Made by a program: the position numbers and the translations under genes. The notes under the pieces are model-generated. The model saw nothing but the letters and a program-made list of their open reading frames with translations, ran no database searches and was not told the origin of the DNA. Shown piece by piece: positions 11,254 through 23,890 of a stretch of DNA of 42,067 bases. Source of the DNA: Macrostomum lignano (taxonomy: Eukaryota). Within the stretch, counting starts at the first letter, position 1, and each line of letters begins with the position of its first letter. The stretch covers positions 1 to 42,067 of the forward strand of contig NIVC01002680.1 in NCBI GenBank assembly GCA_002269645.1. The letters are read 5' to 3'.

Positions 11254-14200
11254 TTAAGAGAATTTAGCAAAATTGCTGCGGGATTGAATGGGTGATTATT
11301 TGTTGTCTTAAAAACAAACAATCTGGGTTTAGTTAAGCATCAGAATTGCTGCAGGCTTTAGTCAAAAAGTTTAAAATCAAATCAAGCATCATCTCTTTAT
11401 ACTGCTGAGCCTCTGACCCACAGTTTGGTTAGAAACCTACAGACTTCATGCTTACAGATTGTTAAAATTTAAAAATTGATAAAAGTCTCAAAAGCAATCG
11501 ATTTTGTGACTATCAAGTTGTTAAACATCAGTATTGCATGTAACCTTCCATTGTGACCACAATAAGCTGTCATTAATGTGGCGATTAATGTGACTATCAA
11601 AGATCTATAAGACCTATATTTAGCAATTAGTGCTTTGTTATATGCTATAGCACTAGCCAATAAGTTAAAACTACTGATAAGTATTATAAAACAATCTTTC
11701 TATTCTTGGAACTGGGCCGGCGCGTCCTGGGCTGGCGCCGTGTCTGGGGCCGGCGCATTCAGGTGCAAGATAGATTTTTCTTATAACAGTGGCTTAATAA
11801 CTATAAAAAGCAACTCTGAATGAAGAATTGCATGCTTCTTCCTATATAAGTATTGCCATATGATTCTAAATAACCTTACAGAGCTGGAGCTATTCTTAGA
11901 AATACAGCCAAAACTACAAAGATTTGTTGTGGCTAGACTTGTGATTAAGTCATATTGTTTTATTTCTAAGGATAACCTTATTAATGATTTGCATATGATA
12001 TGCACCAACTCAAAAATTACAGGTCAAATGCAACTTGGTGCCACTAAATTAGAATTATCAGAGAATTTTACTATAATTAACCTAAAAATTTAATGGCAAA
12101 TGAAATGACCAAATTGGCAAAAGAAATGACTTTCTACAAAAAATAAGCCAACAGAAGGATAGCAAACAAATTTGTGGTTAATCTCTTATATAACTTTTGA
12201 TACTAGCAGTAAGTGAAATAAATAGAAAGAATAAACCTTTATCATAACTTTTGGTGGCATTTAAAGGAAGTTGAAATCAAGTCAGCTTTATAATAACTTT
12301 ACTATTATATAAGTAATGTATTTTTTAAACTGAATAAAGAGCCCTTAGTTTTTGTCTTAGCAATTAGGAGAGAAGAAAATTTTCTATACAAGGAAATCCT
12401 TGTTCAGAAAATGAAGCTATTTACATTAAGCTATGTACATTAAAAACTGGCAACCAACTTCAAATAAACAGTTGGGTTATTCCGGGGCCAGTGCTCTCCT
12501 AAGAGTGTTCTAACGTACACCCACTACCCGGCTCTCTCTCTCTCTTTCTCTGTCTGTCTCAGTTTTGATCTGTTGACTCTCCCCCATGTTTTGTTATTAC
12601 AATTTTGTGCATCACTGACTATCTGCCACTGAAATGTATTTATACTCTACATTTTGACTTAAATTAAATAAATTCCAATCTGCCCAATGATGCCTAAAGT
12701 TAGGCAAAACATGTTGTTCTAATGAAAATGCTCGCAATCTCTTTTCTTTTATTAGCTTAAAGAATAATAGCATATATATAAAATGTTGACAGTCCTTTAC
12801 TTTTGCACATTTAATTATTTTTCAAAAATTCAACAAATTCTAAACACAGTTATAATTAAGTTTAATAATAGCAAGTTTGTTGTGTCATATTTGGTTGCAC
12901 TAGATATTATAATAGTGCACTACATAGAAAAATATATTGCCAAAAGGTGTTTTGCAAGTGGCAATAGTACCATAGAAACTTATCTAGATAGGTATTAAAT
13001 AGGGATTTGGGCCTTTGGATATGCCATCAATGGCCATGAATGAGGCCTTAATCAGCTTAGTATAGGCCCATGTACCTTTAATTGTATTTGTATTAGCATG
13101 GACATCTAGGTTGTTAAGGTCCAAAAATGCAGCCAATTAAAATTGTTTAAAAAAGTAAGCAAGGCAAGAAATCTCTTAGAATCTCAGTCTTAGGCCTATA
13201 TCAGAGACAACTTAAACTACTAGGATGCAAAATAAGCCAAATCATGGCAAAAAAGTTGGGGGCTTGTTTGAGTCTATGGGTGCCCAATTTTTCATGCATT
13301 AAATGCTTAGCTTAGCTGCTGAAAAGACTAAAGGCTACAGTATTATTTTTGCTTTAAAAGGTTCAGTAAGTTGTCTAAAAGGTTTTTTATTCAGTTTTAA
13401 ATGTTTTTTTAGTACTAAAAAACGGCCATACAGAGCACAATGACATACAATTAGACATGTGAGTTATTCATGAAGAAAAGGTTTAAACTTAGCATGGTGT
13501 ATATATTGTGGAACGGAACTGAACATAACTTATTTGAGGAGGAACTTATAGAGGGACCTGTATACTATATAGGAAAAACTGGGGTACTAAGCAAAAATTA
13601 CATATATTTAAGCATGTGAGATAAGCATAAGAGAAAAAAGTTTAATAGCATAAAATGGTGTGTGTACAAAAGTATATGGCAACTTGTACTCATAGAATAG
13701 AACACAGAAAATCAGGACTAAACAGAACAAATTTTAGGAGGAACCCAGATGAGAAGCAGTTAGATATGAAAGATTTCGGATTGAAAAATTTGAAACTCCA
13801 AAGACAGAATGCGTTTTACCAGGCCTTTAAAATAAACATGATCGTAAGCCGACGACTTATACTGCCGTGTCTATGGAGCCGTCACACTTCAGTGCTGCAA
13901 CAACCTTTTCATTAAAGACTTGGAGAGCGAGTGTTACTTTCATTTTTCTATATGCTAGCTAGAACTGAAGGATACAAGTAGCAAGCTACGTGGGTTAATT
14001 CCGTTTATTTGACAATGTGATATTCTTCTGATTTGTACAGTCGAATCACATCTATCCATTTGGCTAATATAGGGCCTAACTATCTGCACCTCGCGGTTGA
14101 ATAGTTAGGGTTCCATTGCCATTGGATTTGGTTTGCCAATTGTTGCAAGTCTTGAATCAAAACTGGCATATGCATAATGAATACGCGAATGGAGAAGTTT

Positions 14201-15233
14201 AGGGTAAATAAAAACTGTCTGTCTGTTTGTCTGTATCAAGCACAAAAAGGGAAAGCTAGAAGGCGGATCTTTCGGTCTTTCATGTTGACCATTCTTTCAC
14301 ATGGGGTGTCACTAGCCAGTGCTTTTGGCATATGTCTATGTGTTCAGTCACTTTTTAGAATGGTAAGTTTTATCGCAGTGGTTATTTTTAACAATTAGTT
14401 TATAATAAATTCATCCATGCATACCAGCGTATGATTGCTTAGAATTAACATCTTTCTTACCTCAAAAATATTTGGTAGGGTTTGTCTCCAATGTTCCCAT
14501 TCTTGTGCATCTCAAGGAAGAGTAAATATTGTTGTTTGGCTTTCTTCTGAGTTAGTTTGATCTGCAGTTAAAGATGCTGCACTTTCTCGACATTTTTCAC
14601 AGTCGCACAAGAGATGAGGGCTTTTTATTTGCCCTCACATCTTTTTAGACTGAAGAGTTGTAGTTGGAAAAGCCTGGCCATAGAACACTGCTTTCAAACG
14701 AGCCCCCAACTTTTTTCACCATGATTTGGCTTAATTTGCATCCCGGTAGTTTTAGTTGTCCCTGGGCCTATATAGCCAGTTTCTTTAAAAAAGGAGCAAT
14801 TGTAGGTTTTTGCCATTTCAAACTAGGCCTAAGCTTAGTAAATATGGACATAAAATCAATCTACTACCATGTCTTATACTTGTGCAAGTTCAAATATTTA
14901 CTTATGGAAATGGAAACTATTAAATAAGCTACTATTATTTGAAAAAAATAATTAGGCCTAAGGCTAAAGTTTCTAAACATGCAAAATTAGAGGATTGACA
15001 AAATGTTTTCTGTGGTCTTATATAGTCTAGGCTTCATGTGACCTAGCGTATGTGACCATTCATGTGACCATTTTGGCTACAATAGGTTTTGATCAATACA
15101 TCATATGGCAAGGAATAAAAAAGCTAAAAAATGACATTTAGGCTTTTAGCCTATAGGCCTAGCCATATAGGCATAGAAATCAGTTAGGGCTAGGCTCAAT
15201 AAAAAATGTTATAGCTAAACCTATTACTTTTTT

Positions 15234-15343
15234 GACACATTTTCAGACACATCTTCTGAGGTTCCAACAATTTCCGACATTTTTTGACACCGACACTTTA
15301 AGTGTCTTAAAAAGGTGTCGGAAGATATGTCTGAAAATGTGTC
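15234..15343. repeat. 23-bp inverted repeat with inner CCGACAC/GTGTCGG repeats (110-bp foldback)
   Basis: GACACATTTTCAGACACATCTTC (15234-15256) versus GAAGATATGTCTGAAAATGTGTC (15321-15343), 1 mismatch. Confidence 0.8.
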
Positions 15344-15456
15344 GGTGAAAGTTACAGGTTTTTGGAATTTGGGTTTACTAGGCAGTAGTAGTAATACTAA
15401 TAATAATAGTACTAATAATAATACTAGTAATACTAATACTAATTTAATGGCAGTGC

Positions 15457-15540
15457 TTATCCCCACGGTACCATAGGAATAATTTCTGTCTTATTCCAAC
15501 GGTACCGTGGGAATAATTTTCTGCTTATCCGCACGGCACA
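15457..15540. repeat. Tandem ~34-bp units built on the 26-bp palindrome TTATTCCCACGGTACCGTGGGAATAA
   Basis: Copies at 15457-15482 and 15491-15516, with a partial third copy from 15525. Confidence 0.8.
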
Positions 15541-15572
15541 CTGACGAGATAGCTGGCCCGCTTCCATTTTCT

Positions 15573-16319
15573 ATGCGGGTAACCATATTAAAATGTCAGC
15601 ATTTTTTTACAATTTTAAATCAATTTAAGCGTACTTCTCGCTTTAACAAAAAATATTAGCTATTGTAACATATTTACACAATTCACTTCATAAGGTTTTT
15701 CGCTGAGAATCTCAACTTTTTTTTAGTTATTGCTGACATAGACTTACGGACATAAGTTTCTGCGTGTTTTACATTAATTTATTTAAATACTTTAGATCAT
15801 GGTTACTGTAACTTCATTATATCTCTTACTTACTTAGCAGTCTTACTCTTAGTTTTATTGTTTTTTTTAAATTTTATTGTATCTTTTATTTTATCATTTT
15901 TGTACATGGCAGACTGCAGACTGCTGCTCTGCTGTCTGGGACTAGTATCCAGTATATCTGGCGAAAAGACATTCCATCGATAGGTAATCCAGCGACAGTT
16001 AAAGCATTGTCACTATTGACATTGTCACAATTGACAATTTTCATGTCACGTGACAGTTGTCGCATTGCATCCTATGAATGACAATTGTTATATTGCGTGA
16101 CAATTGTTAGAGGCCTATGCATACTTGTGCCTAAAAGCCATTAAAATGATCCATGGCTTGGCTCATTGGTTTTATGAATAGGCCTATATTTTATTTGGGC
16201 AAACTCCTAGTTTGCTGCATTAAATTATTTTTACATTTAAAACCTTTTAAAAGTAGAGAAAGTTGCCAAACGTCTTCTCCGGGAAGAGGCGGCGCCAGAG
16301 ATAGGGCCTACTTGTTCAG
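15573..16319 (+). CDS. UBL7: Predicted 5' coding exons of UBL7-like gene: 15573..15578, 15920..15983, 16254..16319 (ubiquitin-like domain N-half)
   Basis: Manual splicing (CGG|GTAACC, CAG|ACT, ATAG|GTAATC, AAAG|TA, TCAG|GTGAGT) gives MRTAALLSGTSIQYIWRKDIPSIVEKVAKRLLREEAAPEIGPTCSV. It is phase-compatible with the 26246 exon and aligns by eye to ubiquitin beta1-beta2-alpha1. The 6-nt first exon is the weakest part. Confidence 0.55.
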
Positions 16320-17014
16320 GTGAGTCTCGAATAGTGCGTCACTTGTGCCATGCATTTTCCGGAACTTGTCCTTCACTTGTGCCCACAATCCATGAAGATA
16401 CATTGTAAAAAAATTCAACGCAGCAAACTAGGAGTTTGCCTTTATTTGTGCACTGAAACAGAAGGCCCATATTGTACTTAAATGTACTATACTTAGGAAT
16501 TTACTAATTGACTAAGTTACAAATTTACAAATAAATATACCATATGCTAGGGTAGGACCTAGGATACAGCTAGGCCTAGGATACAGCTAGGCCTAGGCCA
16601 GTTGGTGAAAAATAGTTGACAAGTTTAGGCCTTGGCTTACTAATTCCCTTTTAAATATCAAGACAATAGGGCCTATATTAGGCCTAGTCAACAATTGTCA
16701 TTTCATCTTTCAAGTTTCTTTGACTCTTTGACTTTCTTTGCTCTTAGTCTTAGATAAGCCTAGGCCCCCTATTACAAAATCTGTGATAATATTAAGGCCT
16801 ATTAATAAAAAATTGTTGATTTTTTTACTTTTTATTAATATTTGTACTTGTAACTTATTTCAACTAAGTGGCAGGCCTACAACTCAATATAAGGCCTAAT
16901 GCAATACAATGCATATATAATAGCTAGATATCCACTAACCACTTATATTAATAAAAATAATGTAGAGTATTTATAGGCATGGCAGCTGTCTATAAGTATG
17001 GAGCTTATAGGCAT

Positions 17015-18994
17015 GGTGGCTGTGTCTATAATATTAGAGCTTATAGGCACAGCTAGGGGGCCTATCAGTGTTGGGCACCGTTAATGAAAATCTTAACTTC
17101 CTAATAGCAAATAGCAAAAGCGTTAGCGTTAAAACAAAAAAATCTTAACTTTTTAACTCTTAATTTCATTAATTTAATTGAAAATTAACTGATAATCATT
17201 AATAAGCATTAATCCGTTAAAGTTAACACAGAAAATACGGAAACTTGCATGTTTTTTCCAAAAGAGACTTCATATTGCACATCTTTGCTATCCCTATTGC
17301 AGCGCATGGCTTAAGTACACCAGACGCCTACACAACCTGCGCCACGCTGTGAAATGACTTACCTGTGAAAGAAACCCTAAAGCAAAATTAACGCAGTTTT
17401 GGGTAAACGGCAGGAGTAACTATGACTGTCCTATCAAGCCTAAATGCCTTGGCATCTAATTAGTACTACGCCCGTATTCTATGGGGTGGCATTTTTGCGA
17501 CTTACCCCTGGTCCACCACCAATGCTGCGCTGCGCAGGCTGATCCGCGCCGGACGCCGTCCGCCAAAATGCCCATGCGCTGCAATCAGGTTTGCTATTCC
17601 ATCTTTTTAGCAAAACACAGAGGTTATCTAAGCGATTTGAAAGCTAAAAAAGTAATAAATAATCATTTTAAAAATTTGCATGCATAATACTACTAAAAGT
17701 AAAGCATATGGTAAAAAAAGTAACTTATTTTATTTGAAACTTAAAAGCTAATAGCAAGAAATTCATAATTAAATACGCATAGGAAGGTTGTTTTAGTACC
17801 ATTAGCAGGCGCAGCAAAAAGTTGCGAAAGATTGGGACAGAAGTGAATCAAAGCGATTGATGTTCACGCGCAAGAAATAAAGTTTCACACTATTTTAATT
17901 CATTATTTTAAAGTTTATTTGTAAGAAGTTGTTAATTACATATACATTTGTATGATCATCGTCATAAATAAAGAGATTATATTTAGGCATATAGGTAAGC
18001 TCAAATACATTCGTAATGTTTAAACTTCTTGTAAGACTTCTATTTTTTGTTCCTTCTTTGCGTCTTTGGTCATTGACATAGACACTACCGTTAACGATGA
18101 ATTCATCGTTAATTCACAAAACTTTTAACGCAAATTCGTTAATCCATTAGTTAAAAAAATCTTAACGACAGTCCATTAACGTTAATGAAAAATCTTAATG
18201 CTTATTAATGCTTATTAACAGATTAACATTTATTAATAGACTGGTGCCCAACACTGACAGCTATAATCATCAATATAAAATGCATGTTCTATAGGGTTCC
18301 CTCATAAGCAAATGGTGGCTTAGTGGATATGTCAATTGCCTTGTGATTGTGTGTAGAAAGGTTCAAATCTCAAGTGGTTGAAGTTTTTTTAATTTGAATT
18401 TTTTAGCAGACAAAAATTTTTGCATCTTGAACTTTTTAAGTTTTTTAATTAAAATAAAATTATAAATTAAATTCATTTTTTTAATAAGAGTAAAACAATC
18501 TTAAAGTGCGACCACAATTATATTTATTGCTGTATCTATAAGTATTCAAAGTTATAGATTATTACACATTTTATATTATTAGAATTTTCCTATGTTTTTG
18601 TCTTCACTTATTGTTAGAATTTTATTTATTTTCAAGTCGTTTAATTACACATTTAATAAGGCTATATAATGTTTACCTTATAACAAAGTATGGCCAATAT
18701 GTATCGAAAAAATGGTTGTAACTATTTTTTCAGTAGTTACAACTTACATATATAATTAGGGCCACACTTTAAGATTTAGTGTTACTTTAAAAAATTTAAT
18801 TTCATTTAAAAAATTCAAATAAAAAACTCTGTCCACTTGGGATTTGAATCTTTTGACACAATCACAAGGCAATTAACTTATCTGCTAAGCCATTATTGGC
18901 TTATGAGAGAGCCCTACAGAACATGCATTTTATATTGATGATTATATACATGGCAGCCATGCCTATAAGCTCTAATATTATAGACATGGCCACC
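17015..18994. mobile_element. Foldback element with ~300-bp inverted arms (17015-17056 plus 18262-18523, versus 18750-18994), interrupted by a hAT-like MITE
   Basis: The reverse complement of 18750-18994 aligns along its length with the left arm (GTCTATAATATTAGAGCTTATAGGC, ATCATCAATATAAAATGCATGTTCT, ATTGCCTTGTGATTGTG, ATCTTAAAGTG). Confidence 0.85.
17066..18256. mobile_element. Non-autonomous hAT-like DNA transposon (1191 bp)
   Basis: Perfect 14-bp TIR CAGTGTTGGGCACC/GGTGCCCAACACTG and dense TTAA/GTTAAT subterminal repeats at both ends. The 8-bp TSD ACAGCTAT is intact on the right and disrupted on the left. No transposase ORF. Confidence 0.85.
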
Positions 18995-20136
18995 CACCGT
19001 GTCTTTAAGTGTGAACCCATTCAATATTAATGACATGACCACCCATCATGTCATCAAGTGCAAACCCATTCAATATTAAAGACATGCCTACCATGCAAGT
19101 TTCATTGACATAGTGGCCATGCCTTTAATAATGACTAAGTCTATACTTATTGTAACAGGGGAGATTCTTCCTTCTTAATAATATCCCACTGCTTTTACCA
19201 AAAGCTGTCCTAGGGCTCTTAATTATTCTTTTGTTTAGCTTTACTCGCTGCCACCAAGCTTTATAGGTGTGTTAATTCTGTCTTTCTACTTAATGTACTT
19301 TTGCATAAATGTACTACTGATATTGGTAGCGTCTACTTATCTACTTATATTGGTAGCGTCTACTTATCTAATGGTAGTGGTTGTACATGCACTGTACCTT
19401 TTGCCTGAGCAGTCTATTGGCACTGTTTACTCTTATATCTCTCAGTCCTGGCATTCCCGGGATCAAAGGGTCACAGCTTTATATTTTCCCTGCCCTGAGG
19501 TGACTTTCCCTTGCTATGAAGCGGTTCTTCTACCCTGAGGCGAATTCACTATTTTCTATCGTTTTCCTGCCCTGAGGTGATTCTCGCTTTTTAGGGGATC
19601 TTAATACTCCTGATTTGGGGCTTCTACTCTAAGAAATGATCAAGTCTTAAAGTGATTTCAATATTTAGAACAAACTAAGTTTGCTTATTGAAAACCAAGA
19701 GGCAGCAAAAGGTCACAATTTATTTTTCCTGGCCCAATCTAGGCCCCTATTTATACTATGAATTGGCGTAATTTTAAGAAAATAATAATTCCCAAAAATA
19801 TTTTTACAGATCACAACATTTAAACAAAATATTTAGTTTTCGTGCGAATTTGAACAAAAGCTTTCTAAGAAATACAGTATTCATGCATAAAAATAGTTAT
19901 TACTTCAGTACTTCTTAGGCACTATATCATTATAGACAGTGGCTATGTCTCTAAGTGTGGTGTAATAATAATAATTATAATCACTAATCAGTGGTCTTTT
20001 ATAGGACTAAACATTTGGTCAAACTGTTTTCAACTTTAGCTTGATCTATATGGTACTTTTCTAATATATTTTAAAAACTCAAAAACCCGATGCAACACAA
20101 TAGTCAACATGTTAACTTTTGCACTGAATCATGCAT

Positions 20137-20292
20137 GCGCAACCTTGGGATTCACCTGGCTGTTTCTATTGGCAACACACACATGTAAGTTGCTATTGGT
20201 TGAGAGCAGTCACGTGACTACTATTCCATCCAATAGTGACTTACATGTGTGTGTTGCCAATTGAAATAGCCGGATGAATCCCTAGGTTGCGC
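20137..20292. mobile_element. 156-bp hairpin MITE, with partial relatives at about 20641-20750 and 23340-23420
   Basis: About 63-bp arms: GCGCAACCTTGGGATTCA...CAACACACACATGTAAG...CTATTGG versus CCAATAG...CTTACATGTGTGTGTTG...TGAATCCCTAGGTTGCGC. Confidence 0.85.
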
Positions 20293-21654
20293 CCAAGCAT
20301 GCACTGAATACAGGTGTAATACTAATTAGATAGTAAGGCATTTAGCCTTAGTAAGATAGTCATAGTTACTCTTGCTATTTACCCAAAACTGCACTATGCT
20401 GCATTATCTGCCTTGACTCTAGCCATAATGTAACTCTAGAAAATAAATTCCAAAACTATGACTAATAGTTGGATGCCTTTTGTCCACTTATTTCAATAAA
20501 GTATCTTTAGAATACATTAAATTATTAATATCATATAACCAATAAAATCTTAGTAATAATTACAATAATATAAATTAATATATAATAAAATAATTCTATT
20601 GAATTAAAGTTTGAGGTAAGCATTGATTTTATTCACATATAGTGCAACCTTGGGTCCTTAGGAATCCCTTGGCCATTTTTATTGGCAATGCACATATACA
20701 TGTAAGTCATTAGTCACTATTGACTACAAGCAGTCATATGGCTATTATTCTGTCTCATAGTTTGGATTATCTTATATCTAAAGCTGAGTGGATCGATCGA
20801 TTGACCGGCCGGGTTTAATGCGTATCTCCTCCTAGACGGCTGGCAACTCAAATGCGAGACTTATATATGTCAATGCAGAATTTTCCTACGCAACAAATAG
20901 GCTATTTTAATGTTGAAATTTCCAAAATTAAGTCAGTTAAAAAAGCAAAAAACTGTTTTCTTAACCTTCTTTGGCCACTTTGCCTCTCCAGTGGAGGGGT
21001 AGTGGCATAATTGTAAAAACAACCACCCCAACCTCCTCCCGCGGGTCGCTGTGTTTTGGAGGGGTGGGTGACGCGTGTTCTGGGTTCAATGCTAATAAAA
21101 CCCCCGCGTGTTGGGGGTGAAGTAAAATTTAATGATTCCCCCGGCCCAGAATAGGGGGGTTGGTTTGGGCTGAGTGTACATAGAAATGTACTGTGTAAAC
21201 AGATAGATAAGGACTGTGTCGAGATTCAATTGGTTTTATTATCGGCGTCTTTCAAAAGACTGTGTATTTAGCTGGGCAGCTAAATTCAATGAATAAACTT
21301 GCCAGCCTCTTACTAGCAGGCAGTGAATGTACAGTCGATACTTCGATGCTTTAAATCGGGAAGTTCAAACGCTAACTGTTCCTTGAGTTTTAAGCTTTGA
21401 GAGGAGAGAATTTATATTGCTGGAAAGATCTTGCAACGCTGAGTTTGGGGATATAAGTTATTTGCTTTAAATATGAAAACAAAAAGCACAGCATTGAAAA
21501 AACGATTTCCATACTTTTAAACTTTCTGCCAAGATTGTACTTGGAGGGGGGTTGCGTACAGAAATTCAAGCTAGCTGTCATTTGAGTAATTTCAGTAATG
21601 GAGGAGGCGGGTGACAAATTTCAATTGGTTTGATTATTGGTGCTTTCAGTCCGT

Positions 21655-23060
21655 CAGATAAGAGAGTAGAGAGAAGAGAGATTTCAAGAAGAGAGGATAG
21701 AAAGATGATAGAAAAGACAGTAGATATGAGAGCTAAGAGATTAAAGACGAGTCGACAACAGAGGGGAGAGAAGAGGGGAGTGAGGCAGAAATGATGAAGA
21801 GGGAAAGTGAAGAGAAGAGAATGTAGAGGGAAGAAAGGAGGGGAGAGGAAAAATGAGAGAGCAAAGGAGGGAGGAGAGAGGAGGGATAAGAGAGTACAGA
21901 TGAGATAGAAGAGAGAGGAGAGATGAGACAGGAGATGGTAGAGAGGAGAGGGGAAAGATGAGAGAATAGAGATGAGAAAATAGAGAGCGCAGAGAGGAGA
22001 GATGAGAGATGGGAAATGATTGATAAGAAAGTAAGAGTAGAGATGAGAGAGGAGATGAGAGCAGAGAGAAGAGATTAGATAAAGGAGCAAAGAGGAGAGA
22101 GGAGACAGGAGAGAGTCTCAGTCTGGACCATGTCAGTCAATTTTTGCAAACAGGGAAAACATGCTATGATATTTCAGAGGTTTTATGGAGGATTTTGAAG
22201 ATTTTTTGACGTATACCCAAACAAGTAAAAAGCATATTTTTATAGACTTCAGTTTCATAGTCTTAAGTGACTGAAATTTGATAGAGCTAATATTTTTTAA
22301 ATTGATGGATTGTAGCTTGAAGGAGATGATACACGCTGGATTGCAGTTTAACGGAGAGGATTTTGATGATATCTGTTTCATAGAGAGGATGAAATGGCTA
22401 AATGAAAGGGAATAGAGAAAAGAGAAAAGGAAAGAGTGGATAAAATATTAGATAAAAGAGAAAATGAAAAGAGAGAATTAAAAGGGACAGATTAAAGAAA
22501 AGAAAAAGAGAATAAAGACAAGAGAAGAGATGAGGGAATTGAGAGGAGAGAGGAGAGGGGGTAAGAGAGGAGGAAGAGGAGACAGGAGGGAGTAGAGCCG
22601 AAAGACGAGAGAGAAGAGATAAATGAGTAGAGATGAGGGGAGGGAGAGGAGAGAGAAGCGAGAGGATAAGGGAGAGAGGAGAGGGGAGAAAGTAGAGAGA
22701 TGAGAGAGCAGAGAGGAGATAAAGGAGAGGAGAGAGAAGAGATAAAAGAGGAGAGAGGAAAAAGTAGTGATGAGAAAGAAGAGAGTATAGATATGAGAGC
22801 GCAGAAAGGAGAGATAAGAGAGTAGAGATGAGAGATGAGAGATGAGATGAGAAATGATAGATAAATGAGAAGATGAGAGCAGAGAGGAGAGAGGAGAGAT
22901 TAGAGATAAGAGAGCAAAGAGGAGAGAGGGACAGACAAGAGTCTCAGTCTGGACAATGGCAGGCAGTCAATTTTTGCAAACAGGTAAAACAATATGGTTT
23001 TTGGGAGGTTAATAGAGGATTTGGAAAGGATTTGGATAATGGGATTCGTGTCATTGGATT
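21655..23060. repeat. GA-rich low-complexity tracts with a duplicated unique tail (offset about 826 bp)
   Basis: AGAGTCTCAGTCTGGAC...CAGTCAATTTTTGCAAACAGG at about 22112 and 22938, each preceded by a purine tract. Confidence 0.8.
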
Positions 23061-23641
23061 CAGCTGATGGATTTCAGGGAATGAAATTCTGGCGATGGGA
23101 GTTCTATCCCCTTACTCCGCCAACGGAGGAGTTGGCCTCGTATATTTATATATGCAAGGTCTAATATTAGAAAAAATTCAAGACTTCATTTGTATGCTGG
23201 AACTAAAAAATGTGTCATTAATATAATGTTTCCACTGAGTCATATATGCTGAGATATATGTTAATGCATATTGAAAAATGTCAAGTAATCTTGTTGTATA
23301 CTAGGAAATCCTAGCATATGTTACCTTCCAAACTATAGATTCTATCCAATAGCAACTTACATATGCATGTTGCCAATAGAAATTGCTACTAGGTAAATCC
23401 CTAGGTTCTGCTCAAGCATGATCTTGTTAGTTAAGGTTGCCATCTAGAATGACAGGCAATATCAATCTATATAAAGCATGAATTGGAAAACTCTAGTCTG
23501 CCTCTTTCTGACCCTTGGGTTCCTTGAAACTATCTTTATCTTCTCTCTTTCTTTTTCTTATCATTCTTCTCTTTCCTTTTTCCTTTCTTCTTTTCTCACT
23601 GCAATTTCTCACTTTTCTTTCCATTTTCATCTCTCATAAAA

Positions 23642-23890
23642 ACCTAAAAATGCAAAAATGGCAAAAAAATACACTACTTTTTTACTAAGTAAATCTTCCA
23701 TAGTACTCCATAAAGGAATAATAGGAAAGCAAAAAGAGAGGGGAGAGTGATAATCATTCTTCTCTTTTCTTGCCCCTTTTGCTTTCTCTCCTCTGAACTC
23801 CTCTAACTCTTATTTATTTAGAGTAGTATAGAGAATTTAGTAAAAAAATATACATATTCCACTATTTTAGCTGTTTTTGCACTTTTAGGT
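23642..23890. mobile_element. Degenerate MITE-like foldback (~250 bp)
   Basis: ACCTAAAAATGCAAAAATGGC versus GCTGTTTTTGCACTTTTAGGT (3 mismatches in 21), plus inner TTTTTTACTAA/TTAGTAAAAAA arms. Confidence 0.55.
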
